A DNA stretch of 64,000 bases from Thermoplasmatota archaeon (GTDB lineage Archaea; Thermoplasmatota; Penumbrarchaeia; Penumbrarchaeales; Penumbrarchaeaceae): NCBI GenBank assembly GCA_025457865.1, contig JALOTP010000001.1, positions 96,457 through 160,456 on the forward strand, in the 5' to 3' direction. Made by a program: the position numbers and the translations under genes. This document shows positions 9,104-16,689 of this stretch, one piece after another. Positions within the stretch are counted from its first letter, which is position 1. Each line of letters opens with the position of its first letter. The notes under the pieces are model-generated. The model had not been told where the DNA came from. It did not search any database and saw only the letters and a program-made list of their open reading frames with translations.

Positions 9104-10288
9104 ATGGAGATGGCAACTAAGACGATAACCGTGACCCAGGATGCATATGACGCGATGGCCCGGCAGAAGAGGGAGGGTGAGAGCTTCTCCGAGCTCTTCC
9201 TGAGATTGACCGGACGGGAATGCAACATCTCGGATTTCCTTGGACTATGGGAGATGGACGATGAGGACCAGAAGGTCTTTGATCAGATCAGGAGGTCCTG
9301 GTTGAATAATACCATTTATTATAACAATCGTCCACTTAATTACGGGACCTTAAATTCATTGTTATGGGATACAGATGGTGATAATATGTCCGACGGTTGG
9401 GAGATAAAATACGGATTCGATCCGTGCGATAACTCGAGCCCTAACAAGAATAATGATGGGGACCAGGACGGGATCAGTGATTACAATGAATATTGTCTTG
9501 AAGATACACCTGGAGCTTTCGTTGAGAACAATGTGACCATAAAGTACCATAACATGTCAAAATGGGGAGCGCAGCCAGACAGAAAAGATATCTTTGTAGA
9601 AGTTGATTGGATGGTCCGTGAATGGTTCGATGATTATTCATTTACTAAAAAAGAATTGAAATTAAACCAAGAAATGAAGGATAAATTGATATTATTATTT
9701 TTCAAACAAATAGAAAAGAACTATTCTTTCACTCTACATATTGATGATGGTTATATGGGTGGAGGTACTCAACTTGATTATCAACCAAGAATATATATAA
9801 ATAAAAAGAATGGAGGTTTTAATGATTTGCAGGATTTTTATTTAAATAATTTTTATTATATATTGAGACAGGGCGTTTTTCATTATTGTGTTATTGGAAA
9901 TGAAGTTTTTTCAAATGGGGAAAGCGAAGATACCGATTGGGTGCCTGGAGTTTCAACAAAAGGACATTTTATTATTGGAGGTGAGTTTCATACTCAAGAA
10001 AAAATGGCTAATGTATTTTTACATGAATTGGGACATACTTTTGGATTACTAAGAGAGGGGGGCAGCAATTTTACAGGGATTGACAATACTGATACTACAA
10101 GACCATGGAAATGTGAGTTTTGGAAATATTTAGAGTATAAAAGTGTTATGAATTATAATTTTATATACGACTTTTTGTTTAATTATTCTGATGGGTCAAA
10201 TGGAAATGATGATTTTGACGATTGGGACTGGATTAATAATAATCTATCATTTTCTCTTTATTTAAAAGGCCTGGGGGTGTGGGATTGA
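9104..10288 (+). CDS. Chimeric ORF: VapB-family (PF02697-like) antitoxin N-terminus (aa 1-~65, GC-rich) read through into an AT-rich metzincin-like zinc metallopeptidase (copy A)
   Basis: aa 1-66, MEMATKTITVTQDAYDAMARQKREGESFSELFLRL...FLGLWEMDDEDQKVFDQIRRSW, resembles archaeal putative antitoxins. GC content collapses at nt ~9300 inside the ORF. Downstream come a TSP3-like DTDGDNMSDGWE motif, then KWGAQPDRKDIFVEVDWMV, HELGHTFGLL (10022-10036) and an SVMNY Met-turn. The protease part may use its own internal start (e.g. the ATG at 9386). Confidence 0.6.
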   Translation: MEMATKTITVTQDAYDAMARQKREGESFSELFLRLTGRECNISDFLGLWEMDDEDQKVFDQIRRSWLNNTIYYNNRPLNYGTLNSLLWDTDGDNMSDGWEIKYGFDPCDNSSPNKNNDGDQDGISDYNEYCLEDTPGAFVENNVTIKYHNMSKWGAQPDRKDIFVEVDWMVREWFDDYSFTKKELKLNQEMKDKLILLFFKQIEKNYSFTLHIDDGYMGGGTQLDYQPRIYINKKNGGFNDLQDFYLNNFYYILRQGVFHYCVIGNEVFSNGESEDTDWVPGVSTKGHFIIGGEFHTQEKMANVFLHELGHTFGLLREGGSNFTGIDNTDTTRPWKCEFWKYLEYKSVMNYNFIYDFLFNYSDGSNGNDDFDDWDWINNNLSFSLYLKGLGVWD

Positions 10289-10860
10289 AATATCAAAAAA
10301 TTATTTCTTTAATAATAGTATTATTTTTATCTAGTGGGTGTTTTGATTTTTTTTCTGAGGAAGATTCCTATTTCAGGTTTAAATTTGAATTTAAAATTAA
10401 TGTATATTCTAATAATGACACGTATATGATTTATATACCTATACCAAAAAATGGTTCAAATAAGGGTGTTAATCCAATAATTAAGTATTTTATAAAAGAA
10501 GGAGATATTGAAACGAATATTTCGTTGGTAAAAATAAATGATCGTTTTGAATATGCACTTCAGATAGTTGGGAATGGAAATGCTCGTATTTGGTTAGATA
10601 ACAAAATGATATACAGTTTAGAATATTATTTAGGATACATGTGGTTATACTCAGATGCTAAACATTTATTTTTCTATTTTAATTCTTCGATGGAAGGTTG
10701 TGCGATTGATTATTATTTACAACAAGAAATATTTCACGATGATGGAGCCACTCACAAAATTTTTTATCGAACAGATTCAGATCATTCAGATACTGTTTTA
10801 GTTAATGGATGGAATAATGTAATTGTTTATCAATACGAATCACCAGTAGTAATGAGGTAA
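10279..10860 (+). CDS. Predicted lipoprotein (copy A partner)
   Basis: Signal peptide with lipobox (IISLIIVLFLSSGC). AT-rich and Y/N/K-rich. The start overlaps the stop of the upstream protease ORF by a few nt (GTG/TTG start). Confidence 0.55.
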   Translation: MGLKYQKIISLIIVLFLSSGCFDFFSEEDSYFRFKFEFKINVYSNNDTYMIYIPIPKNGSNKGVNPIIKYFIKEGDIETNISLVKINDRFEYALQIVGNGNARIWLDNKMIYSLEYYLGYMWLYSDAKHLFFYFNSSMEGCAIDYYLQQEIFHDDGATHKIFYRTDSDHSDTVLVNGWNNVIVYQYESPVVMR

Positions 10861-10864
10861 AATT

Positions 10865-11677
10865 ATGATTAAGACATGTTACAAAAATAATATTATGTGC
10901 CGAGTTCATGACATGTGCAGGTGGGGAGCACAGCCTGATAGGCAGGATATTTTCGTCGAGGTTGACTGGATGGTAGAGGAAAAGTTCCAATACAATTGGG
11001 AGATTGACAGATATGAAACTGAAATATCATATAAAATGTCAGATAAAGTAAAAGAGAAGGTAATAATAGCTTTTTATAAAGCATGCAAATACGGGAATCA
11101 TATCACATTGCACATAGATGACGGATGCATGGGTGGGGGAGGAGATAAAATTGATTATATCTATGAAATTTATGACACATGGAAAAACGATGATGGTGAC
11201 ATGTATGATTTTAAAGGTCATGATGCAAATAATAATTTCAAATTGGATAATAGTGAAGAGGTAACTAATCCATTAACAGGAAAACCATATTTTAGTAGTT
11301 CAAGATCAAAGATATTTCACTATTGTTTGATGGCTTATTATCTTAAAGGCTCTCATAAAACCCTTGGTTCATCAGATGGACCAAATGTTAAAGCCGGGTA
11401 TGATGTAGGGGATCTAGGAGGAGATGATATAACAATCTTTATGGGGGCTCTTGGAAGTGCAAACGATGCTGAAGTGGCTGATGTTTTTATGCATGAGTTA
11501 GGACATAATTTAGGATTGATTGATTATTATTCAAATCCTGATAAAGCAAAGACTATGTATGGTTGGGGACATAATAAATATTTGAATTATAATAATAATT
11601 TAAACGATGGATATGCGGGATGGCAAGAAATGGACTTAACTATATTTACTGATTCGACAAAAGACTTATGGGATTGA
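10865..11677 (+). CDS. Metzincin-like zinc metallopeptidase (copy B; lacks the TSP3-like N-region)
   Basis: Paralogous to copy A (RWGAQPDRQDIFVEVDWMV; TLHIDDGCMGGGG). HELGHNLGLID (11492-11524) fits HExxHxxGxxD, and TMYGW is a Met-turn-like motif. No signal peptide is visible. Confidence 0.6.
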   Translation: MIKTCYKNNIMCRVHDMCRWGAQPDRQDIFVEVDWMVEEKFQYNWEIDRYETEISYKMSDKVKEKVIIAFYKACKYGNHITLHIDDGCMGGGGDKIDYIYEIYDTWKNDDGDMYDFKGHDANNNFKLDNSEEVTNPLTGKPYFSSSRSKIFHYCLMAYYLKGSHKTLGSSDGPNVKAGYDVGDLGGDDITIFMGALGSANDAEVADVFMHELGHNLGLIDYYSNPDKAKTMYGWGHNKYLNYNNNLNDGYAGWQEMDLTIFTDSTKDLWD

Positions 11678-11689
11678 TGGAGGAATACT

Positions 11690-12190
11690 ATGAAAAATAT
11701 TATAATCTATATATTATCAATAACTTTCATATTAATTATTGGATGCCTTGACAATAATGAACCCAGTCAAGAAATGTATAATGGAAATATTGATTTATCT
11801 ATTCATATTTCAAATAATGATCTTAACCAAATTTTAGTAAATATCTTATTAGAAAATATTGATTCTCACAAAATAACGATTCAACCATTATACTTATGGG
11901 GAAATCTTCAAATTAATATTTCAGATGCAAATGGATTGAAGGTTTTTAGTGCGGATAAACCTAAGTTATTTTCTTTGACAAATGATGATTTGATAACGAT
12001 AAAAGAGAATCAAAATATCACGTTGACAATTAATTTATATGAGCATTTCAATTTTAATCGTAATTTCACACAACCATATTCAATATATGCACAATATAAA
12101 ACTTCAGATATTGGTGGAGGAAATGAAAAGCTTAATTCATGGAAAGGTGAACTAATTTCGAATATAATCGAATTCAAGATAACTTCATAA
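11690..12190 (+). CDS. Predicted lipoprotein (copy B partner)
   Basis: MKNIIIYILSITFILIIGC gives a signal peptide plus lipobox. A GGAGGAATACTATG RBS-like sequence precedes the start. 166 aa, N/I-rich. Confidence 0.55.
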   Translation: MKNIIIYILSITFILIIGCLDNNEPSQEMYNGNIDLSIHISNNDLNQILVNILLENIDSHKITIQPLYLWGNLQINISDANGLKVFSADKPKLFSLTNDDLITIKENQNITLTINLYEHFNFNRNFTQPYSIYAQYKTSDIGGGNEKLNSWKGELISNIIEFKITS

Positions 12191-12346
12191 AGTCGGAGTC
12201 ACAGATTACAGCCAAATTAATTGGCAATATACTGGACACGTCTTAGGCATAATTTGTGATGTTTAAAAATCAAGTAGCATAATTGATGTGCAAGAAATAT
12301 CATCAATCAGGAACGATGAATTGTTCCAGGTACGAGTGAATCTCAT

Positions 12347-12628
12347 CTACATCAACAGGAAGCTTAGAACAATCAACAATGATGATCTCATATCCTGGCA
12401 TCCTATACTGCTCGATCTTCCGGTTCCGGTACTTCTTGGAAACATGGAACTCAATTTCATACAAGGTCCTTGTTGTCTTGTCGCAAAGATCGACATATCC
12501 GTTTGGGACCTCCATTCGGATGATACATCATGTTTCATATCTCTTAGAATCCAGAACAGGATCGCTTTGGCAACGAAATGTTTGTAGGTTTCGTTCGATA
12601 ACTTCGTAAGATGGTTCGGCCCACTCAC
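12347..12628 (-). CDS. Hypothetical small protein (93 aa)
   Basis: GTG start preceded by a strong AGGAGG 7 nt upstream, in intermediate-GC sequence between the island and the AcnX gene. Overlapping ORFs (12303..12515 minus, 12288..12587 plus) cannot be excluded. No homology recognised. Confidence 0.3.
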   Translation of the reverse strand: MSGPNHLTKLSNETYKHFVAKAILFWILRDMKHDVSSEWRSQTDMSIFATRQQGPCMKLSSMFPRSTGTGRSSSIGCQDMRSSLLIVLSFLLM

Positions 12629-12731
12629 TGATTTGTTCCTCCTGAGGTCCTATCTTCGGAGGATTACGAGAAAGATATGACAGAGAGAAGAGACAACCAT
12701 ATCAAGAATTCTACCAACGATGACCCCGTCC

Positions 12732-13952
12732 TCATCCCATGCTCCTCTCCACCATCAGTTCCATCGGGAGCAGCTCCGTTTCGACCTTCGACATCTTGGG
12801 GATGTAATGCGCCGCCTTGCCGGAATCGGTACCTACGAGCCCTATGCCCATATCCCTCAAGGGCGTCACCACCATGCAGGTGTCGTCATATATCTCGACC
12901 CCCGCACCCACTATATCGTTCAGGACCCCGGACCCAAGCATGGACCTTACCGCCTTCGACGTGAAAACAATGATGCGCTTGCCCTCTTTGAGCTTCCGTC
13001 CCTTGATGGCGCCATGGAGCCTCCCGAACTCAGCAGGACCGAACTGAGGACAGCCCAGGACGTAGATGTCGGGCTCCTTTTGTGGGGCAGGGTAGAGGTC
13101 CTCCTGTGCTGCCTCGAGCTCCGAAGGTCCTATGACGAGCCTCTCACGGACGATGCCTTCCTTCCGTGACCTCTCCATCATCCTGTGCTCGGGGGTCACC
13201 CCTTCCATATGGAACATCGCATGCCCGCCCTTGGCGGCAAGGGATGCGCCCAGATGCTTGAGGTCTATGATGTCCGGTCTGCCTTTGATGCCAGAGAGAT
13301 GGGCGATCACGGAGTTCCAGTTCTTCCCTATGTAAGCCCCTAGCAGGTCGAAATGGAGATGTGAGAGATTGCCCCTTACCTCGACCTCGAAGGTGGGAAG
13401 CCTACCCCCGTCGAGGTGCAGTCCGTATTCCGGGGTCAGGCCCGTTATGGCCGAGGCAAGTGATGATATCCCGCCCTCCCGGTTGGTCCTTGCCCCCACG
13501 ACCGAGTTGGCATAGATCACGGCATTGGACTCGCCCCATGCCACATGCTCCCCCAGGCGGATAGGGTGGACCGTTCCCGATAATTCGTAGGGGATGCATG
13601 AGCAGGTGGTATCTATCCCCATCTGCGAGAATAGCTCGATTATCCTTGACTGCTTGGAGGCAAAGAAAGGGCCTATGCCCATCCTCTCCCAGCATGCAAG
13701 GTCCATCCCGGCAGGGTTCAGGGATGACGGGACCTTGGCCTTGGCCCCTTTCCGTGTGAACTCCTCAAGGAGCTTCAGCAGGGCCCCCCCGGCCGTGAGA
13801 TAGCTGACGCCGGAGACATGGGCGGACCCTATTGGAAGCATCCGCCCGGCCCCTTCGAGGTCGCCCAGATTGACCAGGACCTTCATGGCAAGGGCTGCGG
13901 CCTCGCCCTCCTCACCTTCAAGGGCCAGCTCCTCCTCCCTGGTCAGCTCCAT
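12732..13952 (-). CDS. Aconitase X-family (DUF521) large subunit, e.g. phosphomevalonate dehydratase large subunit of the archaeal alternative mevalonate pathway
   Basis: 406 aa with the AcnX catalytic-domain character (CxxC cluster TTCSCIPYEL, GESNAVIYANSVVGARTN, Gly-rich segments). Size and motifs fit DUF521. Confidence 0.65.
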   Translation of the reverse strand: MELTREEELALEGEEGEAAALAMKVLVNLGDLEGAGRMLPIGSAHVSGVSYLTAGGALLKLLEEFTRKGAKAKVPSSLNPAGMDLACWERMGIGPFFASKQSRIIELFSQMGIDTTCSCIPYELSGTVHPIRLGEHVAWGESNAVIYANSVVGARTNREGGISSLASAITGLTPEYGLHLDGGRLPTFEVEVRGNLSHLHFDLLGAYIGKNWNSVIAHLSGIKGRPDIIDLKHLGASLAAKGGHAMFHMEGVTPEHRMMERSRKEGIVRERLVIGPSELEAAQEDLYPAPQKEPDIYVLGCPQFGPAEFGRLHGAIKGRKLKEGKRIIVFTSKAVRSMLGSGVLNDIVGAGVEIYDDTCMVVTPLRDMGIGLVGTDSGKAAHYIPKMSKVETELLPMELMVERSMG

Positions 13953-14023
13953 GGCCAGGCCATGGACCCTGTATTGAAAAAACTTTCCAAGCCTTTCTAG
14001 CGTGGAGGAACAAGAGGGTGAAG

Positions 14024-14061
14024 AAATTATTTATATGAGGTAATGTAATGGCGTATTACAT
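14024..14061 (+). promoter_or_regulatory. TATA-like box (TTATTTATAT) plus inverted repeat ATGTAAT-GGCGT-ATTACAT upstream of the RHH gene
   Basis: AT-rich box at 14024-14033 and a 7-bp-arm palindrome at 14043-14061, about 40 nt before the ATG at 14100. Confidence 0.4.
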
Positions 14062-14099
14062 CCTTAATACAATGGTCCGGGATGCACGAGTGAGCAAGA

Positions 14100-14483
14100 A
14101 TGGCAGGAAAACCTCAGACCATATCCGCACGCTTTTCAAGCGAGCAGGTCGAGCTCCTCAACAGGCTCCAGGAGGAGCTGGCCATCTCAAAGACAGATGT
14201 ATTACAGATGGCCCTGGAAGCCCTCTCAAGGGGCAGGTCCACCGTTTCGGGCGGGACGGTAGCGGTCCCTGTCTCGGCGGACACCATGAGGAGGGCCATG
14301 AGGCTCCATCACGATTACGGCCTCAAGCATTCGCTCGAGGCGCTCCTGTCGGAGGCCCTTGACATAGGTGTCAGGGAGCTCAGGAGGACGATCGAGTCCG
14401 ACAGGAAGGGTGACCTCGACCTTGCAAGGTCCGACATGGACGCCGGGCTTGTCGAGGTCCAAAGAGGTGCAGTGAAGGGTTGA
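14100..14483 (+). CDS. Ribbon-helix-helix (CopG/Arc/ParG-like) DNA-binding protein
   Basis: The N-terminus TISARFSSEQVELLNRLQEELAISKTDVLQMALEAL has the beta-strand and two-helix pattern of RHH proteins, followed by a C-terminal extension. Confidence 0.5.
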   Translation: MAGKPQTISARFSSEQVELLNRLQEELAISKTDVLQMALEALSRGRSTVSGGTVAVPVSADTMRRAMRLHHDYGLKHSLEALLSEALDIGVRELRRTIESDRKGDLDLARSDMDAGLVEVQRGAVKG

Positions 14484-14601
14484 AGGTCCTAGGGCGGTAG
14501 GGATGCCCGCCCTCAGACGGTAACGGACGACCGCAGAGATGCAGGAACAGGAAAGCGGTCCTTGACCTTTCCGGGCGAACAAGAAAAAAGGGGGTATTAG
14601 A

Positions 14602-14790
14602 ATGGATGGGAGAGACCTTACCGAGAAAGCAAGGAGCGACCTGCTCTACCTTGAGCAGCTGAACGTGTATGCGGAGAACACAAGGAACACGCCCGAGTAC
14701 ATCAGGGCGATGGCGATGTACACCCAGGCCCTCCACGTCATAGACGAGAGGTACGGGAACCTGGAGCATATGATATACCGGTCCAAGTGA
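14602..14790 (+). CDS. Small helical hypothetical protein (62 aa)
   Basis: Lies between the RHH gene and the FtsZ-like gene on the same strand. Its stop is 1 nt before the RBS-like GTGAGGA of the next gene. Confidence 0.4.
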   Translation: MDGRDLTEKARSDLLYLEQLNVYAENTRNTPEYIRAMAMYTQALHVIDERYGNLEHMIYRSK

Positions 14791-14793
14791 GGA

Positions 14794-15852
14794 ATGCTTT
14801 TCATGAGGCCACTCGTACGCTCCCGCGGCAGGGAGGGCAGACTGCTTGTCGTGGGGGTAGGCAGCGGTTCGAGCAGGACCATGGAACTGGTCCAAACGGG
14901 CTCAGGAGGGCCCGTGGACACTCTGTTCGTGACCACCGACGAGTCGGACCTCCAGAGGACTTGTGCCGATGTCAAGTTCCTGATAGGGCGCAGGCTCTGC
15001 GGCGGAAAGGGCGCCATGGGCATAACCGAACTTGGTGAGAGGTCCGCAGAGGACGCAAGACGGGACCTTGAGCCGTACATGACCGGATATCCGTTGATCA
15101 TCATCGTCTCGACTCTAGGCAAGGGGACCGGCAGCGGCGCAGCACCAGTGCTGGCATCCATTGGAGAGGGTCTCGGGGCGTTGGTCCTGAACTTCGCCAT
15201 CATACCATCGGCGAACCTCGAGCCCATGCCAAGGACGGTGGCCAACCATTCAAGGAACAAGATGCTCAAACGGGGCTTCAACCTCGTCACCATAGACCAG
15301 GACAGGTTCATGGAGATGAACGGGAGCCAGCCCTTCGCCCAGACGATGGCCTCACTTGACGCATTGATATCATGGATAGTCATCTCCCTTGGCAATGTCG
15401 TCTTCGGCCAGTCAAAGAGATGCCTGACGGTATCGGACCTCCGTAGTGTGTTCCGGGAGGGCAACGAAGGCACCATCTTCATAGGCGGCAGCTTCACCGG
15501 CGACCCGAAGCACGCCGCGACCGAGTTCGTCACATGCGGACTTATGAAGAGGGACCCCAGGACCGGAAAGGGCTTCATGCTCAATCTCGTCACGCCCATG
15601 GGCGTCAAGGATGCCCAGACCAAGCCATTCATCGAAGCGGTCATGGATGAGGTTGACGGCAGGAACAAGACGGTCTTCGTCGGGAGCCTTGAGGACCCCC
15701 ACCGCAAGGAGATAGTGGACCTCATAGGCATAATAACGGGCATGGAGGACGGAAGCGTTAGGCTCTCGGACATAACGCAGAAGGCCAAAGCGGACAAGGG
15801 CCAGGTCCCCCAGGCCGTCCATGACCGATGGGACATACCTATGATCAGATGA
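14794..15852 (+). CDS. Divergent FtsZ/tubulin-superfamily GTPase (FtsZ-like/CetZ-like paralogue)
   Basis: T1-like [21 protein letters not shown] (cf. IAINTDAQAL), [18 protein letters not shown] (cf. GLGAGANPEIG..AEE), the tubulin signature variant [12 protein letters not shown] (15118-15147), and a T7-like [10 protein letters not shown]. 352 aa including a C-terminal domain. Confidence 0.8.
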   Translation: MLFMRPLVRSRGREGRLLVVGVGSGSSRTMELVQTGSGGPVDTLFVTTDESDLQRTCADVKFLIGRRLCGGKGAMGITELGERSAEDARRDLEPYMTGYPLIIIVSTLGKGTGSGAAPVLASIGEGLGALVLNFAIIPSANLEPMPRTVANHSRNKMLKRGFNLVTIDQDRFMEMNGSQPFAQTMASLDALISWIVISLGNVVFGQSKRCLTVSDLRSVFREGNEGTIFIGGSFTGDPKHAATEFVTCGLMKRDPRTGKGFMLNLVTPMGVKDAQTKPFIEAVMDEVDGRNKTVFVGSLEDPHRKEIVDLIGIITGMEDGSVRLSDITQKAKADKGQVPQAVHDRWDIPMIR

Positions 15853-16225
15853 TCCCATTGCTATTCCTTTTGAGCATCTCCCTTCCTTTTTCTATGAGCG
15901 GTAAGTATTCTTCCTGAGGGTAGGCAAGACCGTCAGGTAGCCGTTCGAAGAGGGCTACATCCGTTATCTCTCCTTCCCTTCGGATGCCTACCTTTGGACC
16001 TATGGTTCCGAAGAAGACCCGCCCAGTGCCCAGGTTCACGGACAGGTCATCGCTGGTATGGAGGATGCTACCCGTTTCCTCCATGAACTCCCTCTTTGCC
16101 GAGGCAACTGGCGTTTCGTCCGGTTCCATCCCGCCCCCCGGCATCTCCCAACCCCCCCTCTTTCGGGACCTGACCATAAGGAACCGGGTCCGGTCATCCG
16201 TGAAAGCTATGCAGTAGGTCCACAT
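15845..16225 (-). CDS. NUDIX hydrolase
   Basis: Nudix box [29 protein letters not shown]. 126 aa. Confidence 0.85.
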   Translation of the reverse strand: MWTYCIAFTDDRTRFLMVRSRKRGGWEMPGGGMEPDETPVASAKREFMEETGSILHTSDDLSVNLGTGRVFFGTIGPKVGIRREGEITDVALFERLPDGLAYPQEEYLPLIEKGREMLKRNSNGII

Positions 16226-16228
16226 CCT

Positions 16229-16612
16229 TCACGCCTCGTAGCCCAGCGTCAGCATGGCAATGGGCCTCAATCCTTCCTTCAGACCGCATGCATCCTTGAC
16301 CTTTGCCTCATCGAAGGCACCGACCCAGCATGTCCCAAGGCCCAGTTCCGAAGCTTTGAGCATGGAATAGGTCGCCGCAATGGTGGCGTCCTGTACGCAG
16401 TAGAGGTCCTTGCCCCTGTCCCCGTAGGAGGCTATGGCCTCCAGGTCTGCGCAGAATATGAGGACGAAGGGCGCTTGGGCGACGAACTCCTGCCCGAAGG
16501 CGGCCTCCGAAAGCTCCTTTCTCTTCGATGCTGCCTTGATGAAGAAGACCTTCCTTGCCTTGAGGTCGCCGGCGGAAGGAGCTAGCTCCGCAGCCTTCAG
16601 GACCCTTTCCAC
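16229..16612 (-). CDS. Nitroreductase-family protein (the annotated ORF misses the N-terminus; homology continues upstream to ~16680)
   Basis: The C-terminal nitroreductase core (VLIFCAD..., GLGTCWVGAFDE) is present. Upstream in frame the sequence reads LDAVFNRRSVRSYTNFLPSDRDVER, a typical nitroreductase N-terminus, but the only in-frame start is a GTG. Confidence 0.65.
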   Translation of the reverse strand: MERVLKAAELAPSAGDLKARKVFFIKAASKRKELSEAAFGQEFVAQAPFVLIFCADLEAIASYGDRGKDLYCVQDATIAATYSMLKASELGLGTCWVGAFDEAKVKDACGLKEGLRPIAMLTLGYEA

Positions 16613-16689
16613 GTCCCTGTCCGAAGGCAGGAAATTGGTGTAAGACCTGACGGAATGCCTCCTGTTGAAGACCGCATCCAGGTCCAGGC

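Larger units (their letters stand above)
9300..12303 (+). other. AT-rich horizontally acquired island (~3 kb, ~25-30% GC against ~60% flanks)
   Basis: Abrupt compositional break at ~9300 and gradual recovery after ~12300. Four co-directional, tightly packed genes with SD-like RBSs. No integrase or transposase was seen, and a 7-bp ATCAGGA repeat occurs at both edges. Confidence 0.7.

Noticed and set aside
12288-12587. Plus-strand ORF that would fuse in frame to the antitoxin if the island were excised at the ATCAGGA repeats
   Set aside because: The continuation (…NDELFQVRVNLIYINRK…CCLVAKIDISVWDL…) is too long and unlike VapB C-termini. Strong minus-strand ORFs overlap it, one with an AGGAGG RBS. 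I report it only as a caveat under the repeat finding.
14646-15836. 396-aa ORF on the minus strand opposite the FtsZ-like gene
   Set aside because: It is a shadow ORF typical of GC-rich DNA. The plus-strand frame carries unmistakable FtsZ/tubulin motifs, while the minus-strand product is Ser/Pro/Met-rich with no motifs.
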